A stretch of 64,000 nucleotides of DNA from Chloroflexota bacterium (GTDB lineage: Bacteria; Chloroflexota; UBA6077; FW602-bin22; JBCLEL01): positions 3,547,317-3,611,316 of the forward strand of contig OZ253568.1 of NCBI GenBank assembly GCA_965262895.1, written 5' to 3'. Positions 18,525 through 28,480 of the stretch are shown in pieces. Numbering within the stretch: position 1 is the first letter of the stretch; each line of letters starts with the position of its first letter. The position numbers were made by a program, and so were the translations under genes. The notes under the pieces are model-generated. The model saw nothing but the letters and a program-made list of their open reading frames with translations. It had not been told where the DNA came from and did no database searches.

Positions 18525-20801
18525 CTAATTGGAGGCGGTCGATTCCCGTTCGGCGGCAAAAAGAAATTCGAAAGCTTGTCGTCCAACCGGCGCTGCAGTC
18601 TCGGACCCAGTACCACTGCCTTCTACCATCACGACTACCGCATAGCGAGGTTCATTCGCGGGAGCGTATCCGGCAAACCAAGCGTGCGATTCAGGACCAC
18701 TGCTTTCCGCGGAACCTGTTTTTGCGGCAGTTTCGATCTCGAATCCGTTGAAAGCGTAGTTGGCGGTTCCCGACACGTCACTGGCCACCTTTATCATTGC
18801 GGCGCGGATATCAGCCAGGGTCGTCTTGGTCACATTGAGCCGCCTGATCGTCGTCGCTGTTAGTGTTCGAGATTCTCTCGTTTCCGGTTGGGTTATACGC
18901 CGTATCAGCAATGGCGTCCGCAACTCGCCGCTCATGGCCAGGGCTGAATAAGCGTTGGCGACTTGTAATGGCGTCGCCAGCAGGTAGCCTTGACCTATTC
19001 CCAAGTTGACTGAATCGCCGCGGTACCAAGGTTCATCGACATATCTCTTCTTCCAATCTTCGTCCGGTACGATCCCAGGTGAGTCGAAAAGCCCGATAAT
19101 GCCCGTCGACGCTCCGAACCCAAAATTCCGAGCCATTTCCGGTAGTAACGATGGGTCTTGTTGGTCCAACTCTGCCGCAATATCGTAGAAGACGATGTTG
19201 CACGATTCGACCAGCCCTTGGCGCAAATCCAGTTCACCGTGGCCACTCGGTTTCCAGTCACGCCAAACCTGTCCTTGCCCTACACTCCTCCAACTTCCGT
19301 TGCATTCGAACCGTGCGCTAGGTTCGAACCCGCCGAGTTCTATGCCCGCCGACATAGTAACCACTTTGAAGATCGACCCCGTCGGATATCCACCGTTCGT
19401 AGACCTGGCAAGGAACGGGTGGTCTTCATCTTCGATGAGGATTTTCCACTCCTCGCTTGTAAAGCCGGTCACGAATTTGTTTGGGTCGAATCGAGGATAC
19501 GTTGCCATGGCCAAGACGGAGTTGTCTCTGGGATTGAGGATGGTAATACTACCCGGTCGCTCGCCAAGCATCTCCTCAGCTGCCTTCTGAATCTCTAGAT
19601 CTAGCGTCAGCTCGATGTCCCGGCCCGGTTCTGCATCACGCTCGGCGATAACCTTGACGACCTCGCCTTTGGGCGTAACGATTGCCAGCTTGCCGCCCCG
19701 GCGGCCCGCGAGTATATCTTCCGCCCATACTTCAACGCCGGTCTGGCCTATGTAGTCGTCTTCCGAGTACCCTTTCGCCTCCAACTCGTCAAGCTGTTCT
19801 TCAGTAATGCGGGTCACGTAGCCGACGATGTGGGCGGTGTGTGGTCCCTCGGGATACCATCGGATCGGACGGCGCTTGAGGAGAACACCTCTGTTGATGA
19901 ACGAAGAAAGACGAGTCTTGACTTCTTGCTCATCCTCCCATCCGGCCTCTCCTACGGGAACGAACCAACCCGGCTCTGCTCCGTTGTAAGCCGCCTCAAT
20001 CTCCTCAGAGGTCCGGCTGACTACCTCACTTAGTGCGCTAAGCATTGACGACTCGTCTTCGATATCGCCCGGCACTACTCCGATCACAACCATAAATCCT
20101 TGTGTCGCAAGCGGCCTTCCGTCACGATCCGAAATGTTGCCTCGCCGCGTTTCCAACGGGAAGAGACGAATCAGATTCTCGCCGGTCAAGTGTTTGAATA
20201 TCAGCGATGGCGTCCACTCCACCCGCCATTGTCCATCTTCGAGAGCCAGCGGCAATGAATTTAGCTCGACGACTTCGCCGACCAAAGCGGTCTGGATCTT
20301 GGTTTCAAAGGGTAAGCTTATCGCGCTTCCCTCGCTCTGAGGCCCCAAGTTTGCGCTGCCCGACAAAGTCGCCGAGACCGATTCGAATGTGGCTTCTTCT
20401 GCGATCGCTTGGTACCTGCCTATAAAGTAATCTTCTGGATAAGTCGTTCGGGCAGAGCTAGCCAATAGTCGATACATATCTGCATAGCGACTCTCATTCC
20501 AGGCGTTTAGGAACCGCTCGGCGATTGCGTTTGATGGCAACGGAGTAGGTGTTGGTGCGGGTCGTCTACCTGGTTCCGAAGGTTGGCTCCCGCTTCCGTT
20601 CAAGGATTGAATTGCCACTTCGGATTGCGACCGGATTATGCCGGGCAAGATCCGAACGCCATTCTTCAATGGATCCGTCCCTAGGCTGGAAGCTAGCTCG
20701 TCAAACGCGCCCACCCACCAGAGGACGGCTATCGCCAGAGACACCAAGGCTACTGCGGGCCACAGTCCCGGCCCCTGTCTCTTGGGACGGTAGGTGTACA
20801 A
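18525..20801 (-). CDS. Class B penicillin-binding protein (transpeptidase) with N-terminal NTF2-like (MecA_N-type) domain
   Basis: 758 aa. TM anchor, SxxK (SIFK), SxN (SCN) and KTG (KTGSA) motifs. N-terminal AERFLNAWNESRYADMYRLL segment. Confidence 0.85.
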   Translation of the reverse strand: MYTYRPKRQGPGLWPAVALVSLAIAVLWWVGAFDELASSLGTDPLKNGVRILPGIIRSQSEVAIQSLNGSGSQPSEPGRRPAPTPTPLPSNAIAERFLNAWNESRYADMYRLLASSARTTYPEDYFIGRYQAIAEEATFESVSATLSGSANLGPQSEGSAISLPFETKIQTALVGEVVELNSLPLALEDGQWRVEWTPSLIFKHLTGENLIRLFPLETRRGNISDRDGRPLATQGFMVVIGVVPGDIEDESSMLSALSEVVSRTSEEIEAAYNGAEPGWFVPVGEAGWEDEQEVKTRLSSFINRGVLLKRRPIRWYPEGPHTAHIVGYVTRITEEQLDELEAKGYSEDDYIGQTGVEVWAEDILAGRRGGKLAIVTPKGEVVKVIAERDAEPGRDIELTLDLEIQKAAEEMLGERPGSITILNPRDNSVLAMATYPRFDPNKFVTGFTSEEWKILIEDEDHPFLARSTNGGYPTGSIFKVVTMSAGIELGGFEPSARFECNGSWRSVGQGQVWRDWKPSGHGELDLRQGLVESCNIVFYDIAAELDQQDPSLLPEMARNFGFGASTGIIGLFDSPGIVPDEDWKKRYVDEPWYRGDSVNLGIGQGYLLATPLQVANAYSALAMSGELRTPLLIRRITQPETRESRTLTATTIRRLNVTKTTLADIRAAMIKVASDVSGTANYAFNGFEIETAAKTGSAESSGPESHAWFAGYAPANEPRYAVVVMVEGSGTGSETAAPVGRQAFEFLFAAERESTASN

Positions 20802-21037
20802 CTAGCTATTCCTACTTGTGTTCCAGAGGATTACTCCGGCGCATGGTTCTTTCATTACCATAATAGGTCCTGCTCAATGAGAGATCAACGCTGATCCATT
20901 GCTGCGCGCAGGTTCTAATGCATCATTGATGGCGTCGCTATAGATGCCGATAATGGAAAAGCGCCTGCAACGGGCAATGTCCAAACTAAACACCCAAAAC
21001 TCGAGGCGACCTAAATTGCCCCCGCCGCGGGCATCTC

Positions 21038-21970
21038 TTAGGCCCAGAGTTGGCTGGCCATCTCCTCGCCGAAGTCCTTTTCATCCTTGGTCCAAAGACC
21101 AGTACTCAGATACTTCCAACCACCATCTGCTAGCAATGCCACGATCGTTCCCGATTCCAACCGCTCGGCAACTCTAAGGGAGGCGTACAGCACGGCGCCT
21201 GAAGAAATGCCGGCAAATATTCCTTCATTTAGAGCTAGGTCCCTCTCTCCTCGCAGTGCATTTACGCTGTCAACTAGAATCTTGCCGTCCATAATGTCTG
21301 GATCTAGAACAGGAGGTATGAACCCTTCTTCTAGGTTGCGCAATCCCTGAACCGAGTCTCCCTGTTCCGGCTCTGCCGCTATTATCTTGATCTTTGGATT
21401 GTGTTCCTTTAGACGGCGTCCAACTCCGGTCAGAGTACCTCCTGTACCAAGGCCGGCCACGAAGACATCCGTCTCCGGAAGGTCTCGCACAATCTCGCTA
21501 CCGGTTCCTAGATAATGGGCAAGCGGGTTGGCGTCGTTTCCGTATTGATATGGCATATAGAAATTGTCTGTAGTGACGAGTCGTTGCGCCTCTTCAATCG
21601 CGCCGTTGCTGCCTAATGACCCATCAGAGAGCACGACCTGAGCTCCAAAGAGTTCCAGTAGCTGCCGGCGCTCAAAGCTCACGTTCTCCGGCATCACCGC
21701 TTTGACCTTGTATCCGAGAAGTCGGCCTATAACGGCCAATGAGATGCCTGTATTACCGCTAGTGGGTTCGAGGATGACCTTGTCTGCGGTTAGCTCGCCG
21801 GATCGCCGGGCGGCCTCCAGCATTTGCAGGGCGATGCGATCCTTGAGGCTACCCGTAGGGTTATGTCCTTCCAGCTTGGCAAATATCCGGACCTTACGAT
21901 TTGGACAGCTTCGCTGCAACTCGACCATTGGCGTATTGCCGATGGCCTCAATGATATTGCGGTGAATCAT
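21038..21970 (-). CDS. cysM: Cysteine synthase, CysM-type (PLP-dependent; likely uses a thiocarboxylated carrier)
   Basis: 310 aa: ...NPTGSLKDRIAL...SGNTGISLA...GTGGTLTG.... It lies immediately downstream of a MoaD/ThiS-like carrier gene, as in the mycobacterial cysO-cysM arrangement. Confidence 0.8.
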   Translation of the reverse strand: MIHRNIIEAIGNTPMVELQRSCPNRKVRIFAKLEGHNPTGSLKDRIALQMLEAARRSGELTADKVILEPTSGNTGISLAVIGRLLGYKVKAVMPENVSFERRQLLELFGAQVVLSDGSLGSNGAIEEAQRLVTTDNFYMPYQYGNDANPLAHYLGTGSEIVRDLPETDVFVAGLGTGGTLTGVGRRLKEHNPKIKIIAAEPEQGDSVQGLRNLEEGFIPPVLDPDIMDGKILVDSVNALRGERDLALNEGIFAGISSGAVLYASLRVAERLESGTIVALLADGGWKYLSTGLWTKDEKDFGEEMASQLWA

Positions 21971-22040
21971 ATATCAGAATCTAGTGGCAACTGGTCCCGA
22001 ATACCAGCTTTGAGGCCTATACTCAACCCGCAAATTCGTC

Positions 22041-22322
22041 TCAGCTACTACCGCCGGCGACCGCCGGCAAGATAGCTACGACGTCACCATCTTTAATCGT
22101 AGTGTTGAGACGCTCGAGATAGCGGATATCCTCGCCATTACGGTAGATGTTGATGAATCTATGGGTCTCCCCATGCTCGTTTATGACTTGTCCCTGAAGT
22201 TCTGGCCAGTTGGATTCCAGATCTCGTAACAGCTCGACGATGGTATCGCCTGAAGCAGCTACCATTGGCGAGCCAGCGGTGTATTTTCGCAACACCGGCG
22301 GAATCTTTACTTCGACTGCCAT
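22041..22322 (-). CDS. cysO: MoaD/ThiS-family ubiquitin-like sulfur carrier (CysO-like) ending in GGSS
   Basis: Start moved to ATG 22322 (MAVEVKIPPVLRKY...), 5 nt after GGAGGG. The C-terminus is ...DGDVVAILPAVAGGSS. The ORF-track start 22385 would add 21 non-conserved residues. Confidence 0.7.
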   Translation of the reverse strand: MAVEVKIPPVLRKYTAGSPMVAASGDTIVELLRDLESNWPELQGQVINEHGETHRFINIYRNGEDIRYLERLNTTIKDGDVVAILPAVAGGSS

Positions 22323-22598
22323 GGTCCCTCCAGTAGGGGCGTGCACCATTCCTGCCAGGAAACGCCTTGAAGTGTCGGTAAGCACGTTTAGCGCAGAACT
22401 TGACTTGAGTGACTTGGTGACTCATGCTTAATCTTCCCGCAAAAAAAACTGGGCAGCAATGATTTTAGCACCTCCAACGATTTCTCAATTCAGGGTGAAC
22501 AGATGCCGCTGGCAATTCTTGGGTTCCCGAGAAGTCCCGCTCGCCGGCGTCTGCCCGATACTTCCGCTCGGCAAGCACGCTAACACAATCCCCAGATT

Positions 22599-23393
22599 TC
22601 AGATCGGAATGAAGACTGGCTTCCTTCCCTCAAAAGTCGTCAGGTGCCGGAATCCCGCTGCACGGAGCATGGCGACGGCCGCGCTTCCGGCAAATCCGAT
22701 CTGCCCCGGCCAATGCGCGTCGGAGCCGATCGTGACAATCTTGCCGGCCTCCTCCCGAAACCATCGCACTATTTCCAGGGATGGACAAGGTTCGGTCGCG
22801 GGGCTGCGCAGGCCGGATGTATTGATCTCTATTCCTCGACCTGCGGCCGCTAGCTGCCGCAGGATCTTCCTAATCTGATCCTCGTGCAATCTAGGGTCAA
22901 GCCCGGATACAAAATGTTCACCTCGGCGCTTGGGTACATCAAGATGACCCATTACATCGAAGTCGCCCGTCTCGGCCGCCACTAAAGCCGCCGCATAATA
23001 CTCAGAATACGCGTCCCTAGGATTCACGCCTTCAAAGAACCGTGCAGAGCAGGTACATCTGCCGTTGACCCAGTGAATCGAGCCAATCACAAAGTCAAAA
23101 TCGAACTCTCCTAGGATCTCGGAATGTTGATCGGCATAGTTATGGGGATCACCCAGCTCAATGCCGGCGCGGACCGTTAGCTGGCCGGAGTACTCACGTT
23201 GGTATCTGCGCAGCGAGTCGATGTAGGCTGGCAAGTCGAGGTATCCGGTTGTTTCATCGGTCGGCTCGAAATCAGCGTGGTCGGTGAAAGCGATTTCCGA
23301 TAAACCCGCTGCAAGGGCAGCGGCGCACATCGCTCCCATCGAGTAGTTGGCATCAGGTGAGAAGTGAGTATGAGTATGGTAGTCGACAACCAA
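22599..23393 (-). CDS. PHP-family histidinol-phosphatase (HisJ-like)
   Basis: 264 aa: MVVDYHTHTHFSPDA...FTDHADF...GSIHWV...IGSDAH, the PHP metal-binding motifs. Confidence 0.75.
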   Translation of the reverse strand: MVVDYHTHTHFSPDANYSMGAMCAAALAAGLSEIAFTDHADFEPTDETTGYLDLPAYIDSLRRYQREYSGQLTVRAGIELGDPHNYADQHSEILGEFDFDFVIGSIHWVNGRCTCSARFFEGVNPRDAYSEYYAAALVAAETGDFDVMGHLDVPKRRGEHFVSGLDPRLHEDQIRKILRQLAAAGRGIEINTSGLRSPATEPCPSLEIVRWFREEAGKIVTIGSDAHWPGQIGFAGSAAVAMLRAAGFRHLTTFEGRKPVFIPI

Positions 23394-23512
23394 GTTTATT
23401 ATCCTGAAATGTCCCTATTCGCATCCCCTACATTTGCCAATCCTAACACGAAGCTTCTGTGTATCTTGGATCCTAGAGATGACGAGTGCATGGGCGGAGC
23501 GTTTCGCAAACG

Positions 23513-23541
23513 TTAGGCGTGTGATGCATACGTGATATACT
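23513..23541 (+). promoter_or_regulatory. Candidate promoter of rpmI-rplT
   Basis: TTAGGC (23513-23518), a 17-nt spacer ending in TGa, then TATACT (23536-23541). It is followed by the hairpin gccgcc-N10-ggcggt plus cttgtttt (23549-23578), a possible attenuator. Confidence 0.35.
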
Positions 23542-23607
23542 GTTGCGAGCCGCCGCTTGCCGTTGGCGGTCTTGTTTTGCAAATTCGTTCGCTCGGTGGA
23601 GACTGAC

Positions 23608-23808
23608 TTGCCAAAGATCAAGACTCACAAGGGTGCTGCCAAGCGGTTTTCTTTTACCGGCACCGGAAAGCTTAGGCGTACCAAGGGACTAAAGAGTCAT
23701 TTGCGCCGCCGGCGCGCAAAACGGTGGAAGCGCCTCTACGACAAGATGCTGCCGACCGACAAAAGCGACGAAAAGCGAATCCGCCGGCTTATACCGTACC
23801 AAAAATAG
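23608..23808 (+). CDS. rpmI: 50S ribosomal protein L35
   Basis: TTG 23608 preceded by GGTGGAG. The product (M)PKIKTHKGAAKRFSFTGTGKLRRTKG... is canonical L35. Confidence 0.9.
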   Translation: MPKIKTHKGAAKRFSFTGTGKLRRTKGLKSHLRRRRAKRWKRLYDKMLPTDKSDEKRIRRLIPYQK

Positions 23809-23831
23809 CTATCCGATACTGAGAGAAACAA

Positions 23832-24197
23832 TTGACACGAGTAACAAAGGCGGTCACGGCGCACAAAAGACACAAAAAGGTGCTCGCTCTGACCAAAGGA
23901 CAGCGTGCGACGCGGAGTAAACTCTATCGTCGAGCTCACGAGGCAATGCTCAAGTCGCTGTCGTACGCATATGCCCACCGGCGTAAGCGACGTGGCGATA
24001 TGCGCCGACTATGGATTGCACGGATCAATGCCGCCGCTCGCGAGGCTGGACTTACGTACCGTGAGCTAATTCACGGATTGAATCTGGCAAACATCAAGGT
24101 CGATCGCAAGATACTTAGTGATTTGGCCATTAGCAACAACGAAGATTTCAAATCTGTTGTGGAAACCGCCAGAACAGCTCTAGCGGCAGCCGCCTAG
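23832..24197 (+). CDS. rplT: 50S ribosomal protein L20
   Basis: 121 aa: (M)TRVTKAVTAHKRHKKVLALTKG...RRAHEAM...YAYAHRRKRRGDMRRLWIARINAA. Confidence 0.9.
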   Translation: MTRVTKAVTAHKRHKKVLALTKGQRATRSKLYRRAHEAMLKSLSYAYAHRRKRRGDMRRLWIARINAAAREAGLTYRELIHGLNLANIKVDRKILSDLAISNNEDFKSVVETARTALAAAA

Positions 24198-24547
24198 CTC
24201 CAATTGGTGGCGTGAGCGCGGTCGTTTAGTCGTGTTCACCCCGGTTCTCAAGTCGACATAAGGGCTGTTATCCCTCCTCCCACCTACGCCGCAAATTACT
24301 GAAAGCGTTCGTATCTGTCCATTCTTCGCCGCCCACCCTTGTGCTCCCGGGTCTTGTCTACGCATTCAGCAACGTTCGAAACAAAGAATCGAATAGTCCA
24401 GACGGACGGAGCTCGTTGGTACGATTGCGTTACGGCTGTGTGGGCGGTTAGAATCCTCTAAGCCAGTTTAACCCGTTTGCAACGTGGGTGATGGCCCGCT
24501 TCTGCCCGATCGACGGCTGAAGACGAACAATAAAATACTTGAAAGGC

Positions 24548-24897
24548 AGAGACGGAGAAAGTAGGCCCGGTACAGTTCGTCAGAGAAGGGTGGTTATCAG
24601 CTGAGAGTCACCCCGTCCCCGACGGCCCGGCTGAAGTTCACTCCTGAGCCGCTCCCTGAAAGCTGGTCGCTCCATCCGGTAGGGTCGGTCCTCGCGGTCC
24701 GATCGCGATCAGGCGGTTTCAAGTCGACCAAGCGTAGGGGAAGACGTTTTTATCTACGTTATAAGACTGCCCGCTTCGACAGTCAGCGCTGTCCGCGCAC
24801 TGCCGGGCGGGGGTGAGAGGCCGGCATGCCGGCCAACAAGGTGGTACCGCGGAGCTCAAATGCGCCTTCGTCCTTGACGGAGGCGCGCTTTTTGTTT
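24548..24897 (+). promoter_or_regulatory. T-box leader (tRNA-Phe specific) with intrinsic terminator
   Basis: CAGAGAAGGGUGG...GCUGAGAG stem I elements (24580-24608). Specifier context GAAG-UUC-A (about 24632-24640). T-box sequence aacaaGGUGGUACCGCGgag (24833-24852). Terminator gcgccttcgtc-cttg-gacggaggcgc plus TTTTTGTTTT (24862-24897), 18 nt before pheS. Confidence 0.85.
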
Positions 24898-24914
24898 TGC
24901 TAGGGAGAATCTGA

Positions 24915-25973
24915 ATGAGTGACAATATCGCGAGCCTTGAAAAACTCGAATCCTCGGGCGAACACGAGCTGTCGGTGATTACGAGCCAGCAAGAATTGGA
25001 CGCTTGGCGAGTGCGATACCTGGGCCGGCGTGGTCTATTGTCTGAAGCGATGCGTGGCCTGGGTAAACTTCCAGCCGAAGAGCGCCCGTTAGTAGGATCA
25101 GTTGCCAATCGTATCAAAGGTCGACTGAGTTCCAAGCTGGAAGAGAAGCAGGCTGCCTTACGGCAGCGAGACCTGCAACTGCGCCTCGAAGAAACGCGCA
25201 TAGACATAACATTGCAACCGCCATCGCTGATACGCGGACAAACGCATGTCGTTCATCAGACGATGCGTCAGATCATCGACGCATTTATCCCACTTGGGTT
25301 TCAGGTCGCAGAGGGTCCAGAGGTTGAGCTTGATTACTATAATTTCGAGGCGCTGAACATTCCTAAGGACCATCCAGCTCGAGACATGTGGGACACGTTC
25401 TGGGTTGACGATCCTCGTCGCCCCGGTGAAGTCCTGCTGCGAACACACACCTCTCCAGTTCAGATTCGCGTGATGGAGCACAGTAAACCTCCGATACGAG
25501 TGTTGGTACCCGGAATGTGCTACCGCTACGAAGCAGTAGATGCCACCCACGAGTCTGTTTTCTATCAGGTGGAAGGGTTGGCTGTTGACCGCGGTATCAC
25601 CATGGCCGAGTTGAAAGGAACCTTGGTCAGCTTTACGCATTCCGTGTTTGGTCCGGAGCGAAAGACCAGGTTCCGCTGTGACTATTTTCCGTTCGTCGAA
25701 CCCGGCGTCGAACTCGCGATTGATTGCCATGGCTGCGGAGGATCGGGTTGTCGGCTCTGTAAGCAGACAGGTTGGATCGAAATCCTTGGCGCCGGCATGG
25801 TCCACCCCAACGTGCTGGAAGCGGTCGGTTACGATCCAGAAATATACACTGGCTTCGCATTTGGAATGGGGCCGGAGCGGATTGCGATGTTGAAGCACGG
25901 TATCGACGACATACGATTATTCAAGAGCAACGATTTGCGCTTCTTGCGGCAATTCGCTCCGGAGGTACGATGA
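24915..25973 (+). CDS. pheS: Phenylalanine--tRNA ligase alpha subunit
   Basis: 352 aa: ...HPARDMWDTFW...LLRTHTSPVQIR...FRCDYFPFVEPG... Confidence 0.92.
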   Translation: MSDNIASLEKLESSGEHELSVITSQQELDAWRVRYLGRRGLLSEAMRGLGKLPAEERPLVGSVANRIKGRLSSKLEEKQAALRQRDLQLRLEETRIDITLQPPSLIRGQTHVVHQTMRQIIDAFIPLGFQVAEGPEVELDYYNFEALNIPKDHPARDMWDTFWVDDPRRPGEVLLRTHTSPVQIRVMEHSKPPIRVLVPGMCYRYEAVDATHESVFYQVEGLAVDRGITMAELKGTLVSFTHSVFGPERKTRFRCDYFPFVEPGVELAIDCHGCGGSGCRLCKQTGWIEILGAGMVHPNVLEAVGYDPEIYTGFAFGMGPERIAMLKHGIDDIRLFKSNDLRFLRQFAPEVR

Positions 25974-28424
25974 ATGAACATTGCACTGAATTGGCTGAAA
26001 TCCTACGTAGACCTTAACAAGCCGGTAAGCGAACTGGCTCACATCTTGACCATGGCCGGCATAGAGGTGGCCGATATTAGAGAGGTGGGCGCGAACTGGA
26101 ATAAAATCTACGTTGGTCGGATCATATCTCTGGTAAAGCACCCAAATGCCGACAGGCTTCTGCTTGCTACGGTTGACTACGACGCCGATCCGATCACAGT
26201 TGTCACCGGGGCGCCCAGCCTCAAAGTAGGTGACGTAGTACCTCTGGCGCTGGCGGGCTCCACATTGCAAGACCCATATGCCGATCTTCCACGAACTATG
26301 AAAGTGAAACCGGTCAAGCTTCGTGGGGTCCGTTCCGAAGGGATGGTATGTTCTGCCAAGGAGCTCGGCTTGGGCGAAGATCACTCCGGGATACTGAAAC
26401 TCGATCCTGACTGCGAGATCGGTCGCGATCTTCGTGAAGAGTTGGGCGACACGATTTTTCAACTGGACGTCACGCCAAATCGAAGTGATTGTCTCTCAGT
26501 GCTCGGCGTCGCCAGCGAGATTGCCGCCCACCTCGACACAACCGTACGTCGCCCGGCACTCGAATGGGAAGGTGCCGGCGAGCCGGCTGACGATCTGGTC
26601 TCAATTGAGATTGCCGATACCGATCTCTGTTCCCGCTACTGTGGCACTGTCGTACGCGGTGTTAAGGTGGGCCCATCTCCCCGCTGGCTCCGACAACGAC
26701 TGGAAGCAGTCGGTCTGCGGCCGATCAACAATGTAGTCGATGTTACCAACTTTGTAATGTGGGAGTTCGGACAGCCACTTCACGCCTTTGATTACCGCAC
26801 ACTTCGCGGCGCTAGGATCGTTGTGCGTCGGGCCCGCCCCGGCGAAAAAATCGTCACGATCGACCGCGTTAATCGAGAACTAGATGGTGAGACACTGGTT
26901 ATCGCCGACGCTGAGCGGCCAGTGGCGATTGCCGGAGTGATGGGGGGAAGCGATACCGAGGTCAATGAAGGCACTGTCGACGTGCTGATTGAATCGGCAA
27001 CTTTTGACCATACCTCCATCCGCAAGACAGTCCAGAAGCAAAAACTGCCTTCAGAGGCCTCGCGCCGATTTGACAAAGGACTGCCGATCGAGCTTTCTCG
27101 GATCGCGATAGACAGAGCCACCCGTCTTCTGTTAGAAGTAGCCGGCGGCCGAGCAGCTCCTGGAGTCGTGGATGCCTGTCCCAAACCACCGACCCCAAAT
27201 ACCATCATCTTTCCAATAAATGAAGCTGAGCGACTGCTCGGTGTCGAGTTAACAAGCGAAGCGATAGTTACGGCTTTGAGGCGTTTGTCGATCGACGTGA
27301 TCGAAGAGGATTCGCGCCTCTTGCTACGACCGCCATACTGGCGAACTGATCTGCGGATCAAAGCGGACATCGTCGAGGAAATCGCCCGAATAATCGGCTA
27401 CGATCAGTTGCCTACGCGAATGCCATCCGGCGCCGTGCCAGACGTCCAGCCTGCTCGTTTCTGGCATCGAGCCGAGCGCATGCGGTCGTTGTTGGCCACA
27501 CTCGGATTGAACGAGATAGTTACATATCCACTCGTTAGCCAGGAGAGACAGGAGCGAGTACCTCGCGCTCTCGCCGGATCTCGAAGTGCGTCGGATTTTG
27601 ACGAACGGTTCAACCCGCCGGCAGCGGCGATAAAGCTGGTAAATCCCCTCAGCACGGACGCCGACGCTCTCCGAATTAATACAATTGCCCAGCTTCTGGA
27701 GACGCTGCGCGACAATCTGCGCTACCGAGAAGGAGACGTCGATCTTTTTGAGATCGGGAAGATCTATCTCCGAAACAGCGGCGCTTTGCCGGAAGAACGA
27801 AATCTGCTGAACGCAGCCCTATACCGCGACCGGCGGGGCCGACGATGGGGACAGGTCGACAGCCAGGATTTTTATGACGGCAAGGCGCTGGTCAATGCCG
27901 TTGCCGATACCTTCGGTCTTAGCGTGGATTATCAGCCGCTTGAGCACCCGCTTTTCCTGACGGGCAGGGCCGCTGCAGTGATTCTGCTTGGAGCCGGGAG
28001 CCTTGTTGGCGCGGTTGGCGAAATCCAACCCGACGTACTCGGCAGATTCAACATAGAAAAGTCAACGACTCTAATCGTCTTCGATTTGGACAGACTCGCC
28101 CAGGCGCCTGAAGAAGAGCATGGATACCAACCCCTGCCCCGCTTTCCCGCCGTCCAGCAGGACCTCGCAATTGTGGTTGATCAGTCGGTGGCGTCCGCTG
28201 ATGTTGAACAAGTGATCCGGGAAGTGGGCCAGCCTCAGATCGAGTCTATTGAACTGTTTGACTTGTTTCAGGGTGAAAGTATCGGCTTGGGCCGGCGCAG
28301 TCTAGCGTACCACCTGAATTACAGGGTGCCAGATCGTACCCTTACGGACGATGAAGTCGCTTCGCGGCATCAAGCGATCGCAAAGGCGCTATCGAATCGT
28401 TTGAACGCCACATTGCGCGCGTGA
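25974..28424 (+). CDS. pheT: Phenylalanine--tRNA ligase beta subunit
   Basis: 816 aa: MNIALNWLKSYVDL..., tRNA-binding, B3/4, B5 and FDX-ACB regions. The ATG directly follows the pheS stop. Confidence 0.92.
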   Translation: MNIALNWLKSYVDLNKPVSELAHILTMAGIEVADIREVGANWNKIYVGRIISLVKHPNADRLLLATVDYDADPITVVTGAPSLKVGDVVPLALAGSTLQDPYADLPRTMKVKPVKLRGVRSEGMVCSAKELGLGEDHSGILKLDPDCEIGRDLREELGDTIFQLDVTPNRSDCLSVLGVASEIAAHLDTTVRRPALEWEGAGEPADDLVSIEIADTDLCSRYCGTVVRGVKVGPSPRWLRQRLEAVGLRPINNVVDVTNFVMWEFGQPLHAFDYRTLRGARIVVRRARPGEKIVTIDRVNRELDGETLVIADAERPVAIAGVMGGSDTEVNEGTVDVLIESATFDHTSIRKTVQKQKLPSEASRRFDKGLPIELSRIAIDRATRLLLEVAGGRAAPGVVDACPKPPTPNTIIFPINEAERLLGVELTSEAIVTALRRLSIDVIEEDSRLLLRPPYWRTDLRIKADIVEEIARIIGYDQLPTRMPSGAVPDVQPARFWHRAERMRSLLATLGLNEIVTYPLVSQERQERVPRALAGSRSASDFDERFNPPAAAIKLVNPLSTDADALRINTIAQLLETLRDNLRYREGDVDLFEIGKIYLRNSGALPEERNLLNAALYRDRRGRRWGQVDSQDFYDGKALVNAVADTFGLSVDYQPLEHPLFLTGRAAAVILLGAGSLVGAVGEIQPDVLGRFNIEKSTTLIVFDLDRLAQAPEEEHGYQPLPRFPAVQQDLAIVVDQSVASADVEQVIREVGQPQIESIELFDLFQGESIGLGRRSLAYHLNYRVPDRTLTDDEVASRHQAIAKALSNRLNATLRA

Positions 28425-28480
28425 CCGGGGCGCGCCAACCAGGTCGCTTCGTACTGAGGGCGAGACCCTTGCAGACAGAC

